NCBI GenBank assembly: GCA_034422315.1
Contig: DAOUJT010000003.1
Location: 17,571-81,570, forward strand
Direction of reading: 5' to 3'
DNA: 64,000 bases
From: Chloroflexota bacterium
GTDB lineage: Bacteria; Chloroflexota; UBA11872
Positions within the stretch are counted from its first letter, which is position 1. Each line of letters opens with the position of its first letter. This document shows positions 9,680-19,193 of this stretch, in pieces. Made by a program: the position numbers and the translations under genes. The notes under the pieces were generated by a model that did not search any database, was not told the origin of the DNA, and worked only from the letters and a program-made list of their open reading frames with translations.

Positions 9680-10665
9680 GACTTGGGCTTTCGGCCGACA
9701 CCTACCGCTGGATCGCCTACCCATGGATGCGGGCCGATCGGCCGGCCTTTCGCGCCACCAGCCACTACGCACCACACATTCTCTCGGTTGATCCGCCAAA
9801 CCCCGAAGCCGACTTGCCCGACTGGCTACTGGATCGTGTCCGCGCGCATGGGCTATCCGCGCTCACGATGGACCTCGGCCTGCTCAAGAACCGGGATCGC
9901 GCATCAGCCTTCGGAACCCGTTGCGCCGACGCCGGCGTGCAACTCCTTGGCAGCGTATCCGTCAATCTTGTTGCCGGACCCCATCGCTGGGGAAACGCCG
10001 CATCCAAGGGTTCGACCGCACACTTCGACCAGGAGCGAGCCAGCAGTCTGCAGTCCGGCTGGACCGGTGATAGCGAAGCCTTTATCGCTGCAACGGCAAT
10101 TCGTCTGGCCGCGGACGCCGGCGCGTCCGTTCTGAGCCTGGTCCATGGGCAGCCCGACCGCACCAACCGCTATTCGCCCCAGCCTGTCATCGCCGATCAA
10201 TTGCAGCGCATTGAGTCCAACGTGCAAACACTCCTGCCGCTCGCAGCCGACACGGGCGTCACGCTGGCCCTCGAACCGCACATGGACTACCGCTGCGCTG
10301 AGTTCGTTCGGGTCATCGAGGCCGTCGCGTCGCCCAATCTCCGCCTCGTCCTCGACGTCGCCAGCCCCCTCGCCGTCACGGAGGATCCGCTCGACGCCGC
10401 CCGCCTCGCGGCGCCCTACGTGGTCGCCACCCATCTTCGCGATATGCGCGTTCAGGCCCTCACCGAAGTAGCCACCGGCGCGCTCTTCCACACCCCAATC
10501 GGCGAGGGCCATGTCCCGGTGGATCGGATTCTGGACATCCTTCACGACCGGTCGGCCGAGCCCGACGCGCTCATCCACTGCCTTAAGATCGTCACTCGGC
10601 CCGAGCATGATGTCGAAGCGTGGCTTACCGCCTCGCTGGCAATGGTTGGGGCCTATGCCTCGTAG
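9676..10665 (+). CDS. Xylose isomerase-like TIM-barrel protein, tandem paralog of 8738-9679
   Basis: 329 aa. Shares a similar N-terminus (MKLCISTACYRW / MRLGLSADTYRW) and the motifs LALEPHMDY, LDVASPL, ATHLRD. 4-nt start/stop overlap with the upstream gene. Confidence 0.7.
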   Translation: MRLGLSADTYRWIAYPWMRADRPAFRATSHYAPHILSVDPPNPEADLPDWLLDRVRAHGLSALTMDLGLLKNRDRASAFGTRCADAGVQLLGSVSVNLVAGPHRWGNAASKGSTAHFDQERASSLQSGWTGDSEAFIAATAIRLAADAGASVLSLVHGQPDRTNRYSPQPVIADQLQRIESNVQTLLPLAADTGVTLALEPHMDYRCAEFVRVIEAVASPNLRLVLDVASPLAVTEDPLDAARLAAPYVVATHLRDMRVQALTEVATGALFHTPIGEGHVPVDRILDILHDRSAEPDALIHCLKIVTRPEHDVEAWLTASLAMVGAYAS

Positions 10666-10711
10666 AGTTCGTCGTGCGGCGCGGCGTGATGAGCGGCGTC
10701 GGGAGGAATGC

Positions 10712-11458
10712 ATGAACGACCATGACCGCTACCTGTTCGACTTGCAGGGCTACGTGACCATTCCTAACGCAATTGACGCCGATACCGTGGCCGCGCTCAA
10801 CGAGATTCTCGATAGAAAGATCGCGGAGGAAACGCCGGCCGACGCGATGACCCATCGCTTCGTCAATCTGCTCAATTGGGGCCAGCCATACGTCGACCTG
10901 CTCGATCCGCCCAAGATCGTTCCCTACCTGGACGCCATCCTTGGACCCAGGTTCCGATTGGATCACACGTACCTGGACATCATTCGCGGTGGGCTAAGCC
11001 CCATTGGCGCCACGCTCCACGGCGGCGCCATGCCATTCAATCCGGTGCAGTACTTTCACTACAGCAACGGCGAGTTTCACAACGGCCTATCCGTCGTCGC
11101 CTTCAATTTGGCCGACGTGAACCCCGGCGACGGCGGTTTCGCCTGCGTTCCCGGCAGTCACAAGAGCAATCTGCCGTTCCCGGACGAGTGGAAGGACCTC
11201 ACCGATGAGCACGACACCGTCAAGCGCGTGACCGGGCCGGCCGGCACGGCCATCATCTTCACCGAGGCACTAACCCACGGTCCGTTGCCCTGGACCGCCG
11301 ACCACGAGCGACGCACGATCTTCTACAAGTACAGCCCCAATCCGCTGGCATGGTGGGGTGAGTACCCAACACCCGAAGGCTTGGAAGGCCTCACCGAACG
11401 CCAGCGAGCCATCCTGGAAGGCCCCAACGCCCGGTATCCCGAGCGCGGGATCCGCTGA
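10712..11458 (+). CDS. Phytanoyl-CoA dioxygenase (PhyH) family Fe(II)/2-oxoglutarate oxygenase
   Basis: In-frame ATG at 10712 preceded by GGGAGG. MNDHDRYLFDLQGYVTIPNAI... and the family-typical FACVPGSHKSN motif. Confidence 0.75.
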   Translation: MNDHDRYLFDLQGYVTIPNAIDADTVAALNEILDRKIAEETPADAMTHRFVNLLNWGQPYVDLLDPPKIVPYLDAILGPRFRLDHTYLDIIRGGLSPIGATLHGGAMPFNPVQYFHYSNGEFHNGLSVVAFNLADVNPGDGGFACVPGSHKSNLPFPDEWKDLTDEHDTVKRVTGPAGTAIIFTEALTHGPLPWTADHERRTIFYKYSPNPLAWWGEYPTPEGLEGLTERQRAILEGPNARYPERGIR

Positions 11459-11467
11459 CGCCAGTCG

Positions 11468-13111
11468 TCAGCTAAGCGGCGCGAAGTAGGCCAACCCCGC
11501 CCCAAGGTCGTCCATTGCGATCACCGCGTCGCCCCGCATTCGCGCCTCGATGTCGTGGTCCTGGTGGTGAATCGTCAGGTCGCGCTCGGCCAGTGGCAGC
11601 CGCGTCTCCACTGCTCGTCCGACCTCTGGCTGGCGGAGCCAAAGGCGCCCGTCAACGATGAAACGCTCCGCCGGATGGCCGTCGACTCGAATCGCGTCCA
11701 GGTCCGCCCACGATGGCACGCGCACGGCAATGTCGCCGGCAATCTTCGGCGTGATCCGCAGCGCGTCGCTCGTATAGGGCGACTCGATCCGCACCGCATC
11801 GCTTTCAAAGTCGAAGAGCATGTTGATCCGCGTCACTCCGCCGCTCGTCGTCGCAACCGCGCGCTGCGCTGCGCATAGCGAGGCCGTCGCGCCACCCACG
11901 ATGTCAATACTCGGCGTGACCTGGTTCTTCCCCAGCGGCAGATGACCGTACACGGCATTGAAACCAAACAGCCCAAGCAGACGCGTCCGTAGATCACGCC
12001 GTTCGTCACCGCCAGGCGTCTCGTCCATAAAGCTCAGATCCCTGACCTGTGACGGAAGCAACTGCGACCGCAGATACCGCTCGGCATCCTCAAAATAGGC
12101 GTCGCCGAAACAGCGCCCCAGGATTAACGCCGTCTCGATCACGTCTCCCACGTTATTCATCTCGCCCTGTTCCGGGTGAAAGCTCGGATGGTGCCGTTCC
12201 CGCACCCAACCCACTTCGTCGCGAATCACCCGGAGCCCGTTGTCATAGAACGCGCGAACGCGTTCCAGCAGTCCCAGGTCGTCCGTCACGCTGGCAAGCA
12301 GAGCCATCCCGGAGAGCGTGCATGTTGTCGAATGCGTATGCGCTCCCAACCGGTCCGCGTCGTATGACCCGTCGGCCAGGAAAAACCGCTCGGTGGCGTG
12401 CGCCGCCAGGTCCTGCGCCAGTTCCAGCGCGTCGCCGGACCCGGTTGCCTGGTGTAGCTTCGTCAGCGGCCCGATCGCCCGACCGACGCCCTCAACAAAC
12501 GTCGGCCGCGCCGTCATCGGCAACCCATACGCCGCGCGCACCGCATCCTGATCCCAATCACTCCTGGCACTCCAGAAGCGCCGAACGTCAGCGATCAGAG
12601 CTTCCGCGGCATCGGCTGCCCGGTCGGATGCCCGATATCGCGCCAGCGCATGTAGCCCGTGGACGGCCTCACGAATCGAATGCTCGTCCACCGACGTCAG
12701 CGGACCGCCGGGCTTGCTGTGATTGCACGGCAGCGGCCCGGCGCTCAAGGAGAAGAAGCTCGCCTCCGTGTGCCGTGCGATTACATCCTCGTCCAGCTCA
12801 ACGCCCAGCACATCCTCGGCCGCCAGCAGCGCGTCCAGGTGGCGACCCGCCAACTGGATGGCCCCGTGGTACGGGCTGAACCCCAGCCATCCGTCCGGCC
12901 AGATCCGCGTGTACATGTACGGGTAGCCGCTATCCTCGGGATTGAACACGTTTCCCATCGCGCGGCAGGCCGATTCCACGGCTGCCGGAATGCTGGTCGT
13001 GTTGACATTCGCAACACGGGCGGGCGGCGTGCGCGACTCATCGAACGGTGGCCCGGGAATGAACGCATGCGCGGTCGGCGAAGGCGGCTTGCGCAGCGGC
13101 TCGCCGCTCAT
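11468..13111 (-). CDS. Hypothetical protein (547 aa, helix-rich, possibly alpha/alpha-barrel glycosidase-like)
   Basis: Long ORF with GC3 bias. ATG at 13111 forms an ATGA overlap with the stop of the upstream BNR gene. I cannot assign a family with confidence. Confidence 0.6.
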   Translation of the reverse strand: MSGEPLRKPPSPTAHAFIPGPPFDESRTPPARVANVNTTSIPAAVESACRAMGNVFNPEDSGYPYMYTRIWPDGWLGFSPYHGAIQLAGRHLDALLAAEDVLGVELDEDVIARHTEASFFSLSAGPLPCNHSKPGGPLTSVDEHSIREAVHGLHALARYRASDRAADAAEALIADVRRFWSARSDWDQDAVRAAYGLPMTARPTFVEGVGRAIGPLTKLHQATGSGDALELAQDLAAHATERFFLADGSYDADRLGAHTHSTTCTLSGMALLASVTDDLGLLERVRAFYDNGLRVIRDEVGWVRERHHPSFHPEQGEMNNVGDVIETALILGRCFGDAYFEDAERYLRSQLLPSQVRDLSFMDETPGGDERRDLRTRLLGLFGFNAVYGHLPLGKNQVTPSIDIVGGATASLCAAQRAVATTSGGVTRINMLFDFESDAVRIESPYTSDALRITPKIAGDIAVRVPSWADLDAIRVDGHPAERFIVDGRLWLRQPEVGRAVETRLPLAERDLTIHHQDHDIEARMRGDAVIAMDDLGAGLAYFAPLS

Positions 13112-14997
13112 GCGCGGAAGCGCCACAACTCGCCGCTTCCAACCGCGGCGTGAATCGTTCGGCCGTCCGAATCGGCCTCGGTAATGCTCACGCGCTCCAC
13201 GGCCCGGCCTGCCAGCGGCCCGTCCATCCGTGACCAGTCATGCCCCTGGGTGTTGGAGAGATACACGCCGTCACTGGTTGCGGCGGCAACCAGGCCGTCA
13301 CGTCCGAATGCCGGCGAGACCGTGACCTGACGAATCGCCACGCCGCCTTCCGCGACGCGAAGTCCCGACCACGGGCCACGGCCGGAACTCGGGGGCATCG
13401 CGATGCGGTCGCGCGCCGCCAGCAGCACAGGCCCAACGTCAGGTTTGAAGCTCGGAGGTATCGCCAGCGAGGCCCAGCCCAGTGAGGTGTCGTACTCGAC
13501 CCAGGGCATCCACGTCTCGCCCGCGTCGGCGGATCGAATAACCACCAGCCGCTGCGCATCGCCAGCGGCCGCAACCATCGCGCGGTCCCGGGCGAAGTGC
13601 GGCGAATACGCCAAGGCCAGAACTTCGCTGCCGTCGAGTCCGGTCCAGACCGATCGCCACGTGTCGCCGTGGTCATGAGACTGGAGCAGCATCCCGTCCT
13701 GAGCACCCACCGTTACGTGGCCGTCGGCAGCAAAGTCCGGCGAAAACTCAAGCAGGTTTGCCGCCGAGTCGTCCGTCAGACCTCCCACGCGCACCCACGA
13801 CCGGGCGCCGTCGGCGCTCCAGATAACTTGGCCGCCCGCTATTCCGCCGGCGATCCTGTCCCGCGCGAATCCGGGCGACAGCCGCACCGCCGTAATCGGA
13901 CCCAATCCCGGGTCATCCAGGGTTGTCGACCAGTTCGACCCGCCGTCGCGCGAAACCAGCACGCCGTCCTGCAACGTTCCAATTACCAACGTGTCGTTGC
14001 CCTCGATCGATCGCGACACCGCGAGGTCCAGGATTGGACGATTGACCAGGCCGACGTTTGCCGCGGCCGGCGGACCGTCCGCGGTCAGCCGATAGACACC
14101 CCCCCGATCGGTCCCGATCAGCGCACGCCCGTTGGACGCCCCCACACAAAGAGCCGAGACCTCGCCGTCCGGGGCAACAGGCTGTTCCTGCCAGGTCATG
14201 GCGCCGTCGCTGGATTGCAACAACCGTCCACGGCCAGCCGCGGCAACGACCTGGCGGCCTCCGCCATCCGACTCGGACACGGCGATTCCATTGACCGTGT
14301 CTCCGTCCGAGCGCCAGACCGTCTCCCAGCGCCCGCCGCCATCCGTCGACCGCAGCATCCGCCCCGAAACGGTTCCGGCCACGGCAGTTTCTTGCCCGAT
14401 CCAGGCCAGACTTTCGATTAGGTCGGCGTCGAAGCCTTCCACGCGCACCCAGCTTCGACAAGCGTTGGTCGAACGCAGCAGCGCCCCGCTGTCGGTCGCG
14501 GCCAGGACGGCTCCACCGTCCGACGCCCCGGGGGCGATGGCCAGCGCCGAGATTTCAGCGTCTTCCAGGCCGGCGACGAATCCGTTCCACCCCTGCCCGC
14601 GGTTTCGCGAGACGAACACGCCCTCGCGCTGCGTCCCCGCCACGATCATCTGGTCTCGCCCGAAGTCCGGCGAGATGGCGACCCGCGTAACCGTCGGCCG
14701 GATGCCCCAGAACTCGCGCCGAAACCAGTTTTCGCCGCAGTCGAACGACATGTGCAGGCCCGAAACCGCCGTCGCCGCCACCACCACGCCGTCTCGCTCG
14801 AAGTCGGGCGACACGGCCACGTCTTGCACAAACGGGCTGATCAGTCCGTTGCCGGTCCACTCCCAACGCTCGCCGCCGTCCCTGGACCGAAACACGCCGG
14901 CCAGCGTCGCGGCAAACGCCGTCCCGACTCGGTCGTTGGCGCAGGCGATCGAGCCGACCGTGCCGCCTTCCAGGGCGAGCAGACGCTCCCAATTCAT
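13108..14997 (-). CDS. BNR/Asp-box repeat beta-propeller protein (sialidase / Ycf48 / GH74-like fold)
   Basis: 629 aa with at least 10 Asp-box-like motifs (SRDGGERW, SFDCGENW, SRNRGQGW, STNACRSW, STDGGGRW, SSDGAMTW, SRDGGSNW, SADGARSW, SHDHGDTW, SADAGETW). No signal peptide is evident. Confidence 0.8.
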   Translation of the reverse strand: MNWERLLALEGGTVGSIACANDRVGTAFAATLAGVFRSRDGGERWEWTGNGLISPFVQDVAVSPDFERDGVVVAATAVSGLHMSFDCGENWFRREFWGIRPTVTRVAISPDFGRDQMIVAGTQREGVFVSRNRGQGWNGFVAGLEDAEISALAIAPGASDGGAVLAATDSGALLRSTNACRSWVRVEGFDADLIESLAWIGQETAVAGTVSGRMLRSTDGGGRWETVWRSDGDTVNGIAVSESDGGGRQVVAAAGRGRLLQSSDGAMTWQEQPVAPDGEVSALCVGASNGRALIGTDRGGVYRLTADGPPAAANVGLVNRPILDLAVSRSIEGNDTLVIGTLQDGVLVSRDGGSNWSTTLDDPGLGPITAVRLSPGFARDRIAGGIAGGQVIWSADGARSWVRVGGLTDDSAANLLEFSPDFAADGHVTVGAQDGMLLQSHDHGDTWRSVWTGLDGSEVLALAYSPHFARDRAMVAAAGDAQRLVVIRSADAGETWMPWVEYDTSLGWASLAIPPSFKPDVGPVLLAARDRIAMPPSSGRGPWSGLRVAEGGVAIRQVTVSPAFGRDGLVAAATSDGVYLSNTQGHDWSRMDGPLAGRAVERVSITEADSDGRTIHAAVGSGELWRFRA

Positions 14998-15040
14998 ACG
15001 GACACAGGGCGCAACCGGCCGACGACACGCATCGCCGGCT

Positions 15041-16138
15041 TCAGTCGCTGCGGGCCTCGCCGCCGCGCAGGGCTTCGGCCACCGTCACGGGCGGCACGCC
15101 GCCGGAGTCCTCGATCTCACGCCAGAAGTGACACGCCACCGCGTGCCCGTCGCCCGTTTCGGTCAGCAACGGCTCTTCGGTCTTGCAGCGTTCCTGAGCC
15201 CAGGGACAGCGGGGATGGAAGCGGCAGGCCGAAGGTGGGTTCACCGGGCTGGGCACGTCGCCCGGCAGGATGATCCGCTTCCGCTTCGCCTCGATCACGG
15301 GATCGGCCACCGGCACCGCCGATAGCAGCGCTCGCGTATACGGATGCAGCGGTCGCTTGTAGAGCGTGTCGCTGTTCGTGACTTCCACCAGCTTGCCCAG
15401 GTACATCACCGCCACCCGGTGGCTGATGTGGCGCACAACCTTCAGGTCGTGGGCGATAAACAGGTACGCCACTCCCAGGCGCTGTTGCAGGTCCTGCAAC
15501 AGGTTGATGATCTGTGCCTGGATCGAAACGTCCAGCGCCGACACCGGTTCGTCGCAGACGATAAATGAGGGCTCGACCGCCAGCGACCGCGCGGTCGCAA
15601 TTCGTTGGCGCTGTCCCCCCGAGAACTCGTGCGGATAGCGCGACGCCTGCGTACGGCTCAGCCCCACCAGCTCGAGGATTTCCTGAACCCGGTTGCGCCT
15701 ATCCTGGCGGGTCTCATAGAGATTGTGGACCAGCATCGGCTCTTCAATGATCTTGCCCACCGACATTCGAGGATTCAGCGAGCCGTACGGGTCCTGGAAG
15801 ATCATCTGCATCCGGCGTCGCGCCCGCCGTTGGGCGTCCGACTTTAGGCTTGTGAGGTTCTGCCCTTCGAACACCACGTCACCCGCCGTCGGAATTTCCA
15901 ACTGCATTACCGCGTTGCCGGTCGTCGTCTTGCCGCAGCCTGACTCGCCCACCAGCCCCAGCGTTTCACCGGCCTCGATGCTGAAGGACACGTCGTCCAC
16001 GGCCCGCACCCAGCCCGCGTGCCGCCGGATCAACGCGCCGCGCGTAACCGGAAAGTGCTTGACCAGGTGCTTGACATCGAGAAGCGCGCCGTTGGACTGG
16101 GCTGTCGTGTCGGCCGCGGGTGGGACGGATACGCTCAC
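15041..16138 (-). CDS. ABC transporter ATP-binding protein, DppF/OppF type
   Basis: 365 aa. Walker [10 protein letters not shown], signature SGGQRQR, Walker [13 protein letters not shown], and the C-terminal oligopeptide-type extension with Cys residues ([14 protein letters not shown]). Confidence 0.9.
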   Translation of the reverse strand: MSVSVPPAADTTAQSNGALLDVKHLVKHFPVTRGALIRRHAGWVRAVDDVSFSIEAGETLGLVGESGCGKTTTGNAVMQLEIPTAGDVVFEGQNLTSLKSDAQRRARRRMQMIFQDPYGSLNPRMSVGKIIEEPMLVHNLYETRQDRRNRVQEILELVGLSRTQASRYPHEFSGGQRQRIATARSLAVEPSFIVCDEPVSALDVSIQAQIINLLQDLQQRLGVAYLFIAHDLKVVRHISHRVAVMYLGKLVEVTNSDTLYKRPLHPYTRALLSAVPVADPVIEAKRKRIILPGDVPSPVNPPSACRFHPRCPWAQERCKTEEPLLTETGDGHAVACHFWREIEDSGGVPPVTVAEALRGGEARSD

Positions 16139-17130
16139 CGCAACTCTCCTGTCGCTGGGTCGACAATGCAGCGAACCGGATGCCCGGCGCCCCGATCCTC
16201 AAGCGCCGGCACCATCGAGTGGCAAGCATCGCGAACGTATGGGCAACGCGGCGCATAGGGGCAGCCCTGCGGCAAACCGATCAGATCCGGCGGCGACCCG
16301 GGAATGTTGGAGAGCTTCTCCGACCGATCACCGGTAATCGTCGGCACAGCCTCCATCAGACCCAGCGTATACGGATGCTGCGGCCGCGCGAAGAGCTCGT
16401 GTACCGGCGCATATTCCACGATGAACCCGGCATACATCACCGCCACCCGGTCGCAGAATCCGGCAACCAGGGCCAGTTCATGCGTGATCAGAATCACCGC
16501 CATGCCGAGTTCGCGCCGCAGTTCCGCCAGCAGCTCGATCACCTGCGCCTGAATCGTCACGTCCAGCGCCGTCGTCGGTTCGTCTGCAATCAGCAGGTCG
16601 GGCTGACAGGAAATCGCCATTGCGATCATGGCCCGCTGCTGCATGCCGCCCGATAGCTGATGCGGATAGTCCTTCACCCGCTCTTCCGGCGCCGGAATCC
16701 CCACCGTGTCCAACAGATCAACGGCCTTCGCCCGCGCTTCCTGCTTCGTCATGTTCAGATGAAGCCGCAGGGACTCCTCGATTTGCCGTCCAACCGGGTA
16801 TACGGGGTTCAGGGAACTCATTGGGTCCTGGAAGATCATGGCGATCTGCGCACCCCGGATCTCGCGCATCTCATCGGCGGGGACTTGCAGCAGATCTTTG
16901 CCACGAAACCGGATTGATCCGCGTGACACGTTGCCGGCCGGACGCGCCACCAGTCCCATGATCGCCAGCGAACTGACGCTTTTGCCGCAACCGGACTCGC
17001 CGACAATCCCTATCGAGTCGCCCTCGGCCAACTCGTAGGAAATCCCGTTCACCGCGTGGACCATGCCCTCGTCGGTGTCGAATTCCACCGCCAGGTCGTC
17101 CACCTCTAGCAGCGTGCCGTTCTCTGTCAT
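16135..17130 (-). CDS. ABC transporter ATP-binding protein, DppD/OppD type
   Basis: ATG at 17130 ([10 protein letters not shown]...) forms an ATGA overlap with the hyuB-like stop. Walker A GESGCGKS, signature LSGGMQQR, Walker [13 protein letters not shown]. Confidence 0.9.
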   Translation of the reverse strand: MTENGTLLEVDDLAVEFDTDEGMVHAVNGISYELAEGDSIGIVGESGCGKSVSSLAIMGLVARPAGNVSRGSIRFRGKDLLQVPADEMREIRGAQIAMIFQDPMSSLNPVYPVGRQIEESLRLHLNMTKQEARAKAVDLLDTVGIPAPEERVKDYPHQLSGGMQQRAMIAMAISCQPDLLIADEPTTALDVTIQAQVIELLAELRRELGMAVILITHELALVAGFCDRVAVMYAGFIVEYAPVHELFARPQHPYTLGLMEAVPTITGDRSEKLSNIPGSPPDLIGLPQGCPYAPRCPYVRDACHSMVPALEDRGAGHPVRCIVDPATGELR

Positions 17131-19193
17131 TGAATCCTCGCGTCTGATCGCTGCCCGTAGCGTGGCAGCCAGTACGTGCGGTAGCGCGCGTCGCAATCCT
17201 GCGAACAGAACTGGTGGCCGTCACCGGCCCGCCAGATGTCGCTGGGAATCACCTGTCCGCAGAACTCGCAGTTGGTTACGTCGGTCTGCCACCAGTCGCC
17301 GTTCAGGCGCTCCCAATGACCTCCCTTGGGCGGTTGGGCGTCTGTGGCTGGTCGTAGCGGATCGCGGGCGATCTGTTCCGGTCCGGAGTCTCGAGCCACT
17401 CCTCCACGCAGGGTTTCGGTACCCGTGTCACTGATCAGGTATCGCCCGTCGATCTCGTCTATCGCCACCCGATACACCTCACGCGCCGCCTCGACCGAGA
17501 CGAATCGCTCGCGGACGTCCCGCAGCACCTGCTCAGGCTCCCGAAGCTCCGGCGCTCCGTAGCCGCCGCCGCCGGGGCTCCCAATCAACACCTCGTCGCC
17601 CGCCCGAAGTTCGATATTCGCGATGCGCGAGTTGCTGGTCGTTCCAAACGCTTCGCCAAACGTCTGAAACGTCGGTGTTCCGGTCCGCCGCACCAGGAGT
17701 CTTGACGTATCGCCCGTGCGCCCGCCGTAAAGCCCCCACGGGCGCGAGACCATCCGGTCGAAGAGCGCCGAGACGGTGATCGATGGCGCGCGCACTTCCA
17801 GGATTCGGTCTGACCCAAGGCCGCCACGCTGCGCGCCAGCCCCGCCGGAGTCCGTACGCAGCCGGTAGGCGCGCGCCATGAACGGATAACGTGTCTCAAA
17901 AATCTCCACCGGTGTCGCTGGGCAATTGCCATTGGGGACGACCTGGTGGCTGTTGCCGTCGGCCGCGGCCCGACCGCCCCAGCCTACCCCGTCGAAGTGG
18001 TAGTGCACGTAGTAGTGGCCCGTGTCGGGATGTGTGCCGCCAAATAGGAAGTTGCACGATGTGCCGCCGGTCGCCGCCGACACCCGTTCCGGCACCGCCT
18101 GCGCCAGCGCCCCCATCACAATCCCCCAGATCCGCGGATGCGTTTCCGTATTCCCGCCCACCGACGCACCCGGGTGAATCACATTCACGATGGACCCCGG
18201 GCGCGCGATCACCGTAATCGGCCGGTACGCCCCGTCGTTGTGCGGCACGTCGTTGTCCGCGAAATGGAAGATCGCGTTGTACACGCCCGACGCCGTCACG
18301 CCATACGTGCAGTTCAGCACGTGCGCCGCCTGCGGATCGCTCTCCGTGAAGTCCGCCACGATCTCGCCGTCATCCACGATCAGCCGCAGCCGAATCCAGT
18401 CCCGCGCCGGCGGATCGCGCGCATCTTCCATGTGGTCGGCAAACTCGTACTCGCCGTCCGGAATCGAACGAATCTCGTTCCGCATCCAGCGCTCGGCGTG
18501 GTCCATGAGCGCGCTGCTCACCTGCCGAACGGTCTCCAGGCCAAACTCGTCCAGCAGCTCGTGGCAGCGTCGCTCGGCCACCGTCAAGGACGCGATCATC
18601 GCGTGAAGGTCGCCCCACGAGTACCGGGGAGCCCGATGGTTCGACATGATCACGCGCCACACATCGTGGTTGTACTCGCCCTCGCGCATCAGCCAGACCG
18701 GCGGCAGCCGCAGACCTTCCTGGTAGACCTCCGTCGCCGTGGCGGCAAACCCGCCAACGGCCATTCCCCCAATCTCGACCAGGTGCGCAATGTTGGCCAC
18801 GTAGCCGAAGAGCTCCCCCTCGTAGTACACCGGCTTGATGACCACGTGTTCGGGCATGTGCACGCCCCCGCGGTACGGGTCGTTGTGCACGATCACGTCG
18901 CCGGGCTTTACGGCGTCGTCGCCCAGTTCTGCGATCAGCCACTTCACCACGAACCGGATCGCGCCGACCTGGGCCGGACAAAACTCCGTCTGCGCCAACA
19001 TCCGACCTTCGCGATCAAAGAGAACGCACGAAAAGTCGCGGCTTTCGCTAAAGATCGGGGAATAGGCCGTGCGCATCATCGTCGTGCCCATCTCACGGCA
19101 CACGCCCACCAGTCGGTTGTACAGCACGGTCTGCGTCACCAGGTCGCGCGCCGGGTCGGTGCCCACGGCCACCTGTGAAACGCTCACGCCCAC
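17127..19193 (-). CDS. Hydantoinase B/oxoprolinase family protein (HyuB-like) with a C-terminal Cys4 extension
   Basis: 688 aa. N-terminal ...TQTVLYNRLVGVCREMGTTMMRTAYSPIFSESRDFSCVLFD... is typical HyuB. About 90 extra C-terminal residues end in NCEFCGQVIPSDIWRAGDGHQFCSQDCDARY. Confidence 0.9.
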   Translation of the reverse strand: MGVSVSQVAVGTDPARDLVTQTVLYNRLVGVCREMGTTMMRTAYSPIFSESRDFSCVLFDREGRMLAQTEFCPAQVGAIRFVVKWLIAELGDDAVKPGDVIVHNDPYRGGVHMPEHVVIKPVYYEGELFGYVANIAHLVEIGGMAVGGFAATATEVYQEGLRLPPVWLMREGEYNHDVWRVIMSNHRAPRYSWGDLHAMIASLTVAERRCHELLDEFGLETVRQVSSALMDHAERWMRNEIRSIPDGEYEFADHMEDARDPPARDWIRLRLIVDDGEIVADFTESDPQAAHVLNCTYGVTASGVYNAIFHFADNDVPHNDGAYRPITVIARPGSIVNVIHPGASVGGNTETHPRIWGIVMGALAQAVPERVSAATGGTSCNFLFGGTHPDTGHYYVHYHFDGVGWGGRAAADGNSHQVVPNGNCPATPVEIFETRYPFMARAYRLRTDSGGAGAQRGGLGSDRILEVRAPSITVSALFDRMVSRPWGLYGGRTGDTSRLLVRRTGTPTFQTFGEAFGTTSNSRIANIELRAGDEVLIGSPGGGGYGAPELREPEQVLRDVRERFVSVEAAREVYRVAIDEIDGRYLISDTGTETLRGGVARDSGPEQIARDPLRPATDAQPPKGGHWERLNGDWWQTDVTNCEFCGQVIPSDIWRAGDGHQFCSQDCDARYRTYWLPRYGQRSDARIQ

